A stretch of DNA of 34,343 bases, from the UHGV virus genome UHGV-0071249. One strand, given 5' to 3'. Both the position numbers and the translations under genes were made by a program. Position 1 is the first letter of the stretch; every line of letters starts with the position of its first letter. Below are positions 1-8,164 of this stretch, piece by piece. This stretch comes from a virus. The notes below the pieces were generated by a model. It saw only the letters and a list, made by a program, of their open reading frames with translations. It was not told the origin of the DNA and did no database searches.

Positions 1-93
1 TTAACGGGCATTGGGTCCGCTTCCAGCACGGTTTTTGCATGATAATCATACAAATGTGTTATGCTTATACAAACAAAAACTAGAAGGTTGCCA

Positions 94-1914
94 ATGAAAA
101 AAGTCTTTGTGTATCATCGAGTTAGTTCCGATCAGCAGCTCGACGGGTCAGGCATCGCACGCCAAGCAGAACTGCTTGAAGCATACCTTAAACGTACTAA
201 CATTCTCGCTGAGATGGATGATCCAGAGCCTGTAATCATCACCGAGTCGGGCGGGGTGAGTGCCTTCAAAGGACACAATATGCTAATCACTTCTGGCTTA
301 GGTGCATGGATGCAAGAAGTACGTGCAGCTATGTGGGATGGTTCTCACCTCGTGTACGAGAACGGCGATAGATTTTCTAGGCAGAATCCTTTTACGGTGA
401 TTGGATACATCAACGACTTAATCAATCACAATATAACGATTCACGATGCAACTATGAATATTATCATTAGTCGTCAAAATAGTGCGATGTTGCCTATGGT
501 TTTGATGAATGCACAACGGGCATATGATGAATCTAAGTATAAAAGTGATCGTATACGTAAAGGCTGGGCGAAGAAACGCGAACAAGCATTTAACAAAGGT
601 ACTATTGTAACTAATAAACGTCCTCAATGGATCGAAGTAGAAAAAGATAAGTATGTACTTAATGAGAAAGCGGCAGTAGTTAAAGAGATTTTTGCTCTTT
701 ATCAAACTGGCATGGGATGTCCTACGATTGCTAAAAAACTTCAAGGGAAAGAAGGTGAGCAATATAAATTTAATCGTCCGTGGACTGGTGAACTTGTTCA
801 TAAGATTCTTACTAATCGCCGTGTAACTGGTAAGATTTTCATTTCAGAAACCATCCGTAACCATGCTGATATTGAAAATCCAGTAACTCAGAAAAAGTAC
901 GATATGGACGTGTACCCTGTAGTGATTAATGAAGAAGAATTTGAATTAGTACAGGAATTACTAAAGTCTCGTCGTCCTAATGCTGGACGTGTTACCGTGA
1001 AGAAAGACGGACAGGAAGAAGTACTGATTAAAAGTAATTTGTTTAGTGGTATCGCACGTTGTACTGAATGCGGCGGGCCAATGTATCATAATGTGGTTCG
1101 TGCTAAACGTACACCAAAGAAAGGCGATCCAAAAATTGAGGAATATAGATATATTCGTTGCCTCAATGAACGTGATGGACTTTGTGAAAACAAAGCTATG
1201 ACCTATGAAACGGTAGAACGTTTTGTAGTAGAACATTTGTTAGGAATGGATCTTATTACTGTAATGAAAGAACAGGAATTTAATCCTGAAATAGAAGTAT
1301 TACGTATCCAGATTGATCAAGTAAAAGAACAAATCACTAACTATGAAAATGGTATCGAACGTCGTAAAAGTGCTGGTAAAATTATAACTTTTGATATGCG
1401 TGAAGATCTCGATGATGCTAAATCAGAGTTAGAGAGATTGTTAGCACGACAGGCTTCATTAGCTACAGTACAAGTAGATGTAGCAGTACTACAGGATGTT
1501 AACGTTACTGAATTGTATAATGTGAATAACGTAGATATACGTACACGTTATGAGAATGAACTTAACAAGATTGTTTCTACTATTCGTCTAAAGCGTAATG
1601 GTACATCTTACACTATTGATATTAGCTATAAACAGAACGAGCTAAAAAGACATGTACTTTTTGTTGAGAATAAGAAGAAGGAACAAACGTTAATCAGTGA
1701 GGTTATCATTGAAGATGTAGATGGTGGTAAGTTCTACTATACCCCTTCATTCATGATCCGGCTTGAAGATGGTGAAATCCGTTTTCAGCATACTAACGAA
1801 GATCTTTCAATCGTTGATTATTCGCTATTGCTGAACTATGTAGATGCTGTAGATCGGAATGATACCGTAGGTGTTTGGATGCGTAATCAATTCAATTTTC
1901 TTACGTCTAACTAA
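94..1914 (+). CDS. Large serine recombinase (phage integrase)
   Basis: N-terminal resolvase-type catalytic region (VYHRVSSDQQ... with the serine nucleophile context), internal Cys-rich zinc-ribbon-like segment (CTECGG...C...C), long C-terminal extension. Start moved to ATG 94 (MKKVFVYHRVSS) because it has a GAAGG ribosome-binding site; the ORF-track ATG at 61 has none. Confidence 0.85.
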   Translation: MKKVFVYHRVSSDQQLDGSGIARQAELLEAYLKRTNILAEMDDPEPVIITESGGVSAFKGHNMLITSGLGAWMQEVRAAMWDGSHLVYENGDRFSRQNPFTVIGYINDLINHNITIHDATMNIIISRQNSAMLPMVLMNAQRAYDESKYKSDRIRKGWAKKREQAFNKGTIVTNKRPQWIEVEKDKYVLNEKAAVVKEIFALYQTGMGCPTIAKKLQGKEGEQYKFNRPWTGELVHKILTNRRVTGKIFISETIRNHADIENPVTQKKYDMDVYPVVINEEEFELVQELLKSRRPNAGRVTVKKDGQEEVLIKSNLFSGIARCTECGGPMYHNVVRAKRTPKKGDPKIEEYRYIRCLNERDGLCENKAMTYETVERFVVEHLLGMDLITVMKEQEFNPEIEVLRIQIDQVKEQITNYENGIERRKSAGKIITFDMREDLDDAKSELERLLARQASLATVQVDVAVLQDVNVTELYNVNNVDIRTRYENELNKIVSTIRLKRNGTSYTIDISYKQNELKRHVLFVENKKKEQTLISEVIIEDVDGGKFYYTPSFMIRLEDGEIRFQHTNEDLSIVDYSLLLNYVDAVDRNDTVGVWMRNQFNFLTSN

Positions 1915-2278
1915 TCACCGCATTTGAACGTGTTTTTGATGGTTCTCCACTAAATATCTCTAGGTTCATTACTTGGAGATATTAATCGTGTTAGATTGGG
2001 TAATTACTTCTGCTGGAGCTACATCATCGGATTTATCATTTTGGTAACGGGGTTTATCAAGTACGTGTTACTTGGATGGATTCTGTACCTACTAATTATG
2101 GTAGTTTTATGGGTTATCGCCCGTATTTGGCTATGATTCCGAAAACAAAATACTAAATAGATATGTAGCAAGTGACATTACTACACAAAGATCTTCGAAA
2201 TTTGGGACGTTTCAAAATAATATGATATAATATAGCTATCGAAGATAAATATTTCCATAATCTCCAATGATATTTTAG

Positions 2279-2303
2279 CCCTATGGCAATCATAGGGTTT
2301 TTC
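2279..2303 (+). terminator. Intrinsic terminator-like hairpin (CCCTATG-GCAAT-CATAGGG followed by TTTTTC)
   Basis: 7-bp perfect stem, 5-nt loop and T-run read directly from the sequence; lies about 50 bp upstream of the ribbon-helix-helix gene. Confidence 0.4.
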
Positions 2304-2351
2304 TTTGGATTTGGGAAAGCATAAAAAGAATTCTTTTCAAAAGGAGAAAAC

Positions 2352-2504
2352 ATGAAGGAATTGAAATCACATCCTGTGAGCGTAAAACTAAATGATACTC
2401 AAGTAAAGCTACTTGAAAAACTAATACAAGAAGGAAAAGCGAAAACTAAAGCAAGTGCGATACAGTACCTAATCAATCAGTACTCAATACTAAAAAGTAA
2501 GTAA
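2352..2504 (+). CDS. Ribbon-helix-helix (CopG/Arc/MetJ-like) DNA-binding protein, 50 aa; absent from the ORF track
   Basis: ATG at 2352 preceded by AAGGAG (2341-2346); translation MKELKSHPVSVKLNDTQVKLLEKLIQEGKAKTKASAIQYLINQYSILKSK has the beta-strand/helix/helix pattern of ribbon-helix-helix regulators; stop TAA at 2502-2504. Confidence 0.6.
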   Translation: MKELKSHPVSVKLNDTQVKLLEKLIQEGKAKTKASAIQYLINQYSILKSK

Positions 2505-2591
2505 TAAACAACGTTTGATACTATCGTAAAAAGTATTATCTCTTTGTACTGGCAAGGAATGCCAAGTACAAAATATCATGGATGAACCACA

Positions 2592-3083
2592 ATGAAAAAA
2601 ATAAATGACCTAAAAGGCCAGGTATATCTACACCTATATAAAGAAGCACTACAGAAATGGCATAGTATGCATTCAAGACTAAAACGCATTGGTTATCAAA
2701 ACACAACTATTTGTGATGAATGGTATACTTTCAGTAACTACTACAACTGGTACATAGAAAATAGTATTAGTGGTTGGGATGTAGATAAGGATATATTAGG
2801 AGCTAACCACTATTCACCAAACACTTGTATGTTCGTACCACACGAAGTAAATCAATTATTCAGAGGTGGTTACGGTAAACATAAGAAGGGAGTACAGAAG
2901 GTTTTCAATAGTTGGGTAGCTAAATCAACTTACAACGGTGTACAGGAGTATTACGGTACATTCAAAACAGAAGATGAAGCACACCAGGCATATCTTACAC
3001 ATCGCCGTATTTGTATAGTGAATCTAGCAACTAAGTATAGTAACTATCCAGTGCTTAGTATAGCACTACTAAACAGCAAGTAA
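2592..3083 (+). CDS. HNH_3-like / AP2-domain DNA-binding protein (homing-endonuclease-like, HNH probably degenerate)
   Basis: Segment DKDILGANHYSPNTCMFVPHEVNQ resembles the phage HNH_3 core but lacks the first catalytic His; C-terminal GVQKVFNSWVAKSTYNGVQEYYGTFKTEDEAHQAY matches the AP2 DNA-binding consensus. Confidence 0.5.
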   Translation: MKKINDLKGQVYLHLYKEALQKWHSMHSRLKRIGYQNTTICDEWYTFSNYYNWYIENSISGWDVDKDILGANHYSPNTCMFVPHEVNQLFRGGYGKHKKGVQKVFNSWVAKSTYNGVQEYYGTFKTEDEAHQAYLTHRRICIVNLATKYSNYPVLSIALLNSK

Positions 3084-3090
3084 TAAAAAA

Positions 3091-3119
3091 AGGCACTTGG
3101 TCTTACTCACCAAGTGCCT
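3091..3119. terminator. Hairpin terminator (10-bp stem AGGCACTTGG / CCAAGTGCCT) flanked by an A-run and AT-rich tail
   Basis: Perfect inverted repeat 3091-3100 / 3110-3119 immediately after the stop at 3083; A6 upstream and AATTAATT downstream, so it could act in either direction. Confidence 0.5.
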
Positions 3120-3151
3120 AATTAATTAACATCATTTATAAGGTATTTATC

Positions 3152-3637
3152 ATGGCAAACATAGAGAAACCACACGATAACCGTGTAGTACAGAAAGAAG
3201 TAAAAAACATCAAATTCAAAGAACTATCACATGAAGCAGTGGAGGCAATCAATGAGGCTATACAGGGATGTAAATCACTTGGACGTAATAAAGTAGACTC
3301 ACAAGAAATTTATGAAGTTATTCGTAAGTGTGACTACATTACAAGAGCTAATACTCTGTACACTATAAACATTATGCGTAGTACGGGGGCTATCACCAAA
3401 TCACAACTACAGGGTAAATCACAGGAGGATAAGTATAAGACTGTCTCTAAGCTCGTTTCACAGGCTCTAGAGCTACTAATAGTACTGGGCATTCCCCTAA
3501 AAGGTTCAATGAAGCGTGTCGTAAATCAGGTAGCAGGTAAGCAACTGGACGAGCAGCAGCAAAAGGTGTTAGAGGAAAAAGTGAAATCAGGCGTCCCGAT
3601 TAACGATCTAATCAAGTATCTATCGGGATTAATCTAA
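3152..3637 (+). CDS. Hypothetical early protein (161 aa)
   Basis: ORF with AAGG ribosome-binding site 8 nt upstream; no family recognised. Confidence 0.65.
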   Translation: MANIEKPHDNRVVQKEVKNIKFKELSHEAVEAINEAIQGCKSLGRNKVDSQEIYEVIRKCDYITRANTLYTINIMRSTGAITKSQLQGKSQEDKYKTVSKLVSQALELLIVLGIPLKGSMKRVVNQVAGKQLDEQQQKVLEEKVKSGVPINDLIKYLSGLI

Positions 3638-3642
3638 AAGCA

Positions 3643-3719
3643 TTAGCACATAATAGCCCAGACATATGTGCTAATTATGGGCTAATGGGTTAATGATGTA
3701 TGGGCTAATGGGTTAATGA
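3643..3719. repeat. Inverted repeat (TTAGCACATA / TATGTGCTAA) followed by two tandem copies of a 21-bp unit TATGGGCTAATGGGTTAATGA
   Basis: Inverted repeat at 3643-3652 / 3665-3674; tandem units at 3676-3696 and 3699-3719; the loop motif TAGCCCA is the reverse complement of TGGGCTA inside each unit. Confidence 0.6.
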
Positions 3720-3887
3720 AACACTACATATAGTGTCTAATCCATTGTTTTATTGGTATATTTTGTGGTTTTTTAGTAATTGTATGGGGAGTTGTGGCAT
3801 TAGCCCCCCTTATATTAATATTATTCTTTCATTCTTACTTTGAAAGTATATTTGTCTTACTTATATCTAGTCTCTAGAGAGCCTAAC

Positions 3888-3996
3888 TTCGCTTTGCTCG
3901 TTAGTCTCTGTAAAAACCAAATATAAGATCGTAACTTTGCGTTTTTCTCGCTATCGCGTCGAAAACTCGCAAGCGTTTTTCTCGCTTTGCTCGTAC
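3888..3996. repeat. Iteron-like direct repeats (GCGTTTTTCTCGCT twice; CGCTTTGCTCGT twice) in a non-coding region
   Basis: Direct repeats at about 3938/3973 and 3890/3983, read from the sequence; the overlapping minus-strand ORF 3857-4102 is judged spurious. Confidence 0.4.
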
Positions 3997-4251
3997 TTGT
4001 CAGTACTGTCAAAGTAACAAAACCCCAATAGCTACTACCAAAGTAATTAATCAAAGTATTCGTGAGTCGCCACGGAGTCACGCCCGAACGAGCCACCCGC
4101 ACACACCGGCCAAGTCGGATTATTGCTTAAGTAGTCATGGCAGTATAACGAATGCAACGGTACTTAATGAAATACTTGATAAGAAGGCCGATTTATATCA
4201 GAAACTGTTACCATATGCGGTATCGACATAATTCCTATGTACTACGATGAA

Positions 4252-4965
4252 CTATACATAAAATAATTCTTGGAATTTATATGTTCTAATTTTTTCATGG
4301 ATACATTTTCCTTGATAATAAGAGGAAAGAGCTTCGCCATAATTTACTTTGAAATGATGCCCAAAGAGTGCGAAATATCTTTCATCATTTATAAATTCAG
4401 ATAATGCATTTCTTAGGTTAAAAGTAGCATTCGATAAAGACATAATTGTCATTTGATAAGTATCAAGCAGTTGATATATTTCCTTTTCCTTTAGTATTGT
4501 CACATCCCAACGTTTTAATGATGAAAATTTAGAATGCGTATCCTGCAATCTCAATTTGTTATTTTCAATTAATACTCGTAACTCATCAAGTGATTTTATT
4601 ACTCTATTCCTGTCTGCTTGATTGTCAAAGATGTTAGATCGATAGTAGATTTCAGCTTCAGCTAAACTATCTATATAAGAGTTATGGGTGGCAGAAAAAG
4701 TATCAATTTCATTAAGTATAGCTTCAGCTTTTTCCAAACCTAATGTTCGTGTTTTTTCTGATAACCAATTTTTTGCATTAACAGCGGCATATAATGCCGC
4801 CCCGGCCATTATAGCATTACAAAATGTGGATACCCAATCGGAGACACTACCCCATTCAAACCCCTTACTGCCAGAAAATAAAAATTTAACAAGCACCAGT
4901 ATTGCTACCCATAAGAGTATAAGAACAGTAAAAATCAATGCGGTATTATATTGTTTAACTTTCAT
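4252..4965 (-). CDS. Two-TM membrane protein, paralogue A (candidate superinfection-exclusion or abortive-infection protein)
   Basis: N-terminal hydrophobic helix (ALIFTVLILLWVAILVLV), second helix AIMAGAALYAAVNAKNWLSEK, then about 170 aa with coiled-coil character; antisense to the phage operons; paralogous to 32551-33258. Confidence 0.65.
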   Translation of the reverse strand: MKVKQYNTALIFTVLILLWVAILVLVKFLFSGSKGFEWGSVSDWVSTFCNAIMAGAALYAAVNAKNWLSEKTRTLGLEKAEAILNEIDTFSATHNSYIDSLAEAEIYYRSNIFDNQADRNRVIKSLDELRVLIENNKLRLQDTHSKFSSLKRWDVTILKEKEIYQLLDTYQMTIMSLSNATFNLRNALSEFINDERYFALFGHHFKVNYGEALSSYYQGKCIHEKIRTYKFQELFYV

Positions 4966-5175
4966 TTGTTTAAACTTTCAATAAAGGATTTTTACGGGCA
5001 TTCTACCATTTTGTGATTGGATTAGTAACTGTTGTTTGAAGGTTATCATTATCATAACTTAACTTAGGGTTAAGTGCTGCTAAAATTAAATCAGAAATTT
5101 TATGCGGTTTTATTTCCCATTTATGTCAAAATTGATAGTAGTATGGGGAGTCTATACAAAAAGTAGGGATTACTG

Positions 5176-5622
5176 ATGGATACAGTAGAAGAACTTAATG
5201 GAACATACTTCTATGATGGTTCATCCAATCTTAGTGCAGGGGAGCTATTCTTCTGGATCATGGTTGATGAAACATTAGATCACTTTGGTATATCAGACAT
5301 AGCCGCAGTTGCAGGGATCTACCTTGGTTCGAATAATGTCACGGTAGCAGGTAAGCTGGCAGGGGCAACACCCGGCACATCCGTTGTGTCAATCTATTCC
5401 AGGGAATTATTCAGAGGACGAATGATGCCAGTACGAATGGCAACTTGGATTGGATTCCCGCCAAATGCAAAACGAGTTATGACACAGCGATTGGGTACAT
5501 TCGTTGGCAGGACTATTCCTCTTGTCGGTTGGATTGTACTCGCAGCAGACGTTTCTATCATCAGTTTCAAAGCAGTCAATAAGTACAATACAATCGCCCA
5601 TCCTTCAGATCGTCTATGGTAG
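5176..5622 (+). CDS. Small protein with two glycine-zipper-like hydrophobic segments (148 aa); candidate Hcp-associated cargo
   Basis: Segments DIAAVAGIYLGSNNVTVAGKLAGATPG and TIPLVGWIVLAADVSIISF; first gene of a tight three-gene set ending in Hcp. Confidence 0.55.
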   Translation: MDTVEELNGTYFYDGSSNLSAGELFFWIMVDETLDHFGISDIAAVAGIYLGSNNVTVAGKLAGATPGTSVVSIYSRELFRGRMMPVRMATWIGFPPNAKRVMTQRLGTFVGRTIPLVGWIVLAADVSIISFKAVNKYNTIAHPSDRLW

Positions 5623-5629
5623 GTACTGA

Positions 5630-5986
5630 ATGAACGATTCAGATAACATAGAGCAGCAGGTCATGAATTGGTATAACGAGAACTGGAATGGGCGTGTTTT
5701 TCCATTTTTCAGGAAGCCATCATTGACGCTGGAAACAAGCCTATCAACAGGCAAGTATCCTTGGGCAGATGAAGATGCGATAGAGATACTTGATGATTAC
5801 TTTGGGAAGTTCAATGTTGAGCGTAAAAATTTCACATTTGGCAAGTACTGGCCCAATGAAGAAGTAGTACTTCCATTGAATTTTTTACGATCAAAAGATA
5901 ATAAATGGGAATGGATTGAACCAGAACCATTAACACTCAAAATGCTTGTCGAATCAGCTAAGGCTGGTCGCTGGCTTTACGATTAA
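5630..5986 (+). CDS. Small acidic Trp-rich protein (118 aa); candidate immunity or adaptor protein
   Basis: Starts 7 bp after the previous stop; W-rich (NWYNENWNG, KYPWADED, KWEWIEPEP); no family assigned with confidence. Confidence 0.55.
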   Translation: MNDSDNIEQQVMNWYNENWNGRVFPFFRKPSLTLETSLSTGKYPWADEDAIEILDDYFGKFNVERKNFTFGKYWPNEEVVLPLNFLRSKDNKWEWIEPEPLTLKMLVESAKAGRWLYD

Positions 5987-5998
5987 AAGGAGTTTTCA

Positions 5999-6484
5999 AT
6001 GGCAATCCCCGCACACTTATGGCTTAAAGATGATGGTGGAGCATTAATTAAGGGATCATGCGATGTAATGGATCGAGAGGGAAGTGTGGAAATTATTGGT
6101 TTCGGTCATGGCCTACATATTCCTACCGATAATAATACTGGTAAAATTACTGGAACTCGAATCCATACACCGATGGTATTAGAAAAGGAATTTGATAGCT
6201 CTACACCGTATCTCTATAAAGCAGTTGCTACAGGGCAATCGCTTAAAAGTGCCGAAATTAAATGGTACAAGATTAATGATGCAGGCCAGGAAGTAGAGTA
6301 CTTCAATATGCTTCTTGAAGGTGTCAAAGTCGTTGCTGTAACCCCGATAATGTACAATACAAAGACCGTTGAAAAATGTAACCACATGGAGCGTGTAGAA
6401 TTACGCTACGAAAGAATTACATGGAAGTACTGTGACGGTAATATCCAGTATACTGATGCGTGGAATGAACGAGCGACAGCATAG
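5999..6484 (+). CDS. hcp: Hcp (TssD) family type VI secretion tube / effector-chaperone protein
   Basis: 161 aa; N-terminus MAIPAHLWLKDDGG...IKGS.DV.DREGS and later segments (TGK.TGTR.H.P, PYLYKAV.TGQ.LKSAE.KWY.INDAGQEVEYF, LRYE.ITW, WNER) match my recollection of enterobacterial Hcp1 sequences; perfect AAAAGGAG ribosome-binding site 6 nt upstream. Confidence 0.75.
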   Translation: MAIPAHLWLKDDGGALIKGSCDVMDREGSVEIIGFGHGLHIPTDNNTGKITGTRIHTPMVLEKEFDSSTPYLYKAVATGQSLKSAEIKWYKINDAGQEVEYFNMLLEGVKVVAVTPIMYNTKTVEKCNHMERVELRYERITWKYCDGNIQYTDAWNERATA

Positions 6485-6486
6485 TT

Positions 6487-6509
6487 AAAAGGGGCATGTA
6501 CCCCCTTAA
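6487..6509. terminator. Hairpin (AAGGGG-CATGTAC-CCCCTT) between the convergent hcp and 4-TM genes
   Basis: Stem-loop read from the sequence; TTTT follows 3 nt downstream on the plus strand; overlaps the stop codon of the minus-strand gene. Confidence 0.45.
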
Positions 6510-7195
6510 CTTTTATGGCTTTCGTATGTTGGCTCTCGAAATTTAAATATGTGATGTTTCTTACCCATCGAAATAAATTCCTGCGATACTGTTTTACGAC
6601 AAGAAAATACAGTAATAGGAACTGATAGAGAATAAATCACAGTGGAGAGTAATACTATGAGAGGGTAGTGAGAACTAATTAAAATAAGAGACGTAATGAA
6701 ACAAGCAAGCCATAGCATAATCATAAAAGCACTAAGGAATGTGTTTATATTAGAAACCGAGGGACGAAGGTCGTTTATGGTTTTATAGAAAAGCACTTTA
6801 TATAAATTCCCTGTAACATAATATTCTAATTTATCAATTACTAACTCCCAGTTTTCTTGCCAATATTTGCTACCGATATTCACATAATAGAAGCATATTG
6901 AAAATACGGTTCCAATTATTGATATGAATGGTGTATAGGTGATATATTCCGTATGTGTGAAAAGATAACCATAGGCAGCAGTTATAACTGTGAAAAAAGC
7001 AAAAAAATAAGTTGCTCGCTTCCAGTACAAATCAATCTCAAATTTTCTTATATCATGAGCTTTATCCAGTGCGGCTATTAGTTTTTTATGATCTAAAGAA
7101 TCTTCCATAATAATTGTACTGACACCCAAGAATTCTTGGAAAAATTCTTTATCCTCATCTTTTATTACAAATGGTTCTTTTTTTGTATTATCCAT
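6506..7195 (-). CDS. Integral membrane protein with about four TM helices (229 aa), function unknown; candidate immunity or defence effector
   Basis: Soluble N-terminal 60 aa, then hydrophobic helices (FFAFFTVITAAYGYLF; FISIIGTVFSICFYYV; FLSAFMIMLWLACFITSLILI; LIVLLSTVIYSLSVPITVF) with a YWQENWE linker; convergent with hcp. Confidence 0.6.
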   Translation of the reverse strand: MDNTKKEPFVIKDEDKEFFQEFLGVSTIIMEDSLDHKKLIAALDKAHDIRKFEIDLYWKRATYFFAFFTVITAAYGYLFTHTEYITYTPFISIIGTVFSICFYYVNIGSKYWQENWELVIDKLEYYVTGNLYKVLFYKTINDLRPSVSNINTFLSAFMIMLWLACFITSLILISSHYPLIVLLSTVIYSLSVPITVFSCRKTVSQEFISMGKKHHIFKFREPTYESHKS

Positions 7196-8164
7196 AATTT
7201 ATTCTTACAAGATAAAAGGCCAGTATACAATCAGATTTCACTCTCTGTATACTACGCGAAAGTACTCCCCCTTGCTAATGGGTAGGTTTGTTGGGTGTAA
7301 GGGGGTAGTACTCAAAACGGCAGTTCTTCTTGTCCACAAAATCAACCATCTTCATGAAGCCTTGAAATTTCCCTCACCAGATAAGTTAACCCTTCCAGTA
7401 CTGAAGCGATCGGGTACTCCATGATCAAGTAGAAGCAACCTCGCTGAACTGTACCGAATCAGTACTTCCTTTGTCCATTCTGGAAGAAAACACGATCACC
7501 AAATGCAAACTTGTCCAGTACTGAACCGTAGTAACAAACCCTGAATTCACGCTCGCCGTGGGTGAAGGTTTGTACCCCTCGGACGATTGCTGGATCGTAG
7601 CCATTTTTACTCATTTGATGCTCACCATAGGTGTAATGAATATGCATACAGCACGCCTATGTGTTTTTAAAAATCCAGCAAATCACAATCTATCGATAAA
7701 ACTGTTCAAAAATGCATTGAATGATCTATAAAAGTGATCAATATTGATGACTTACGGTCAAATGAGGTCATTAAATGAACATCCAGTACTGGGCTGTACC
7801 GATTACGACTCTTAATGGGCAGTTGCTCGGAGTGGAAATCCAGCCGCAGATAGAAATACACGGCTGTCGGCTCATTGCTGGGGATGTACTGAAGTGGCAA
7901 CTACACGTAACGGAGTGAAGTATTACCGGCCTCAGTTCCAGAGTGATTGCGGTCGCATCTATAATCCAATCTACCAGATGGACAATGGCAGTACTACGTG
8001 TCTAATACGCGAGGAAAGGATTCAAGAATGTATTAATATAGCTAAACAATTATTGAGGTCAAATCATTAATTGATTAAATATATTGGTCATGGTAAAAAT
8101 AATTGAATTACATATGATATCCTCATGCTACTGGTGCTAATAACATAGCATGAGGATATATACT

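Noticed and set aside
1-60. Partial host ORF at the left edge (a frame open to the stop at 40-42 on the plus strand, or a minus-strand ATG at 38-40)
   Set aside because: Too short to decide strand or identity; left unannotated and noted only as probable host flank.
418-1236. Minus-strand ORFs (418-801, 961-1236) inside the integrase gene
   Set aside because: Antisense to a well-supported gene; low-complexity Phe/Ile-rich translations typical of AT-rich antisense frames; no ribosome-binding site.
2153-2353. Minus-strand 66-aa ORF upstream of the ribbon-helix-helix gene
   Set aside because: Spans a plus-strand terminator hairpin and promoter-like AT-rich DNA; no ribosome-binding site; the plus-strand ribbon-helix-helix gene is the better explanation of the locus.
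3676-3719. Tandem 21-bp repeats considered as a possible CRISPR array
   Set aside because: Only two adjacent copies with a 2-bp gap, no unique spacers and no cas genes; better read as a protein-binding site.
3857-4102. Minus-strand 81-aa ORF in the repeat region
   Set aside because: Arg/Ser-rich low-complexity translation lying across the direct repeats; no ribosome-binding site; treated as non-coding.
4688-4984. Plus-strand 98-aa ORF overlapping the 2-TM gene
   Set aside because: Completely nested antisense within the longer, membrane-protein-like minus-strand ORF.
5394-5601. Two minus-strand 64-aa ORFs inside the 148-aa gene
   Set aside because: Antisense to a gene that is translationally coupled to its neighbours; no independent support.
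7459-7900. Minus-strand 62-aa and 64-aa ORFs and a plus-strand roughly 45-aa ORF in the G+C-richer island
   Set aside because: Short, no ribosome-binding sites, immediately bounded by stops; recorded as possible gene relics in a finding rather than annotated as genes.
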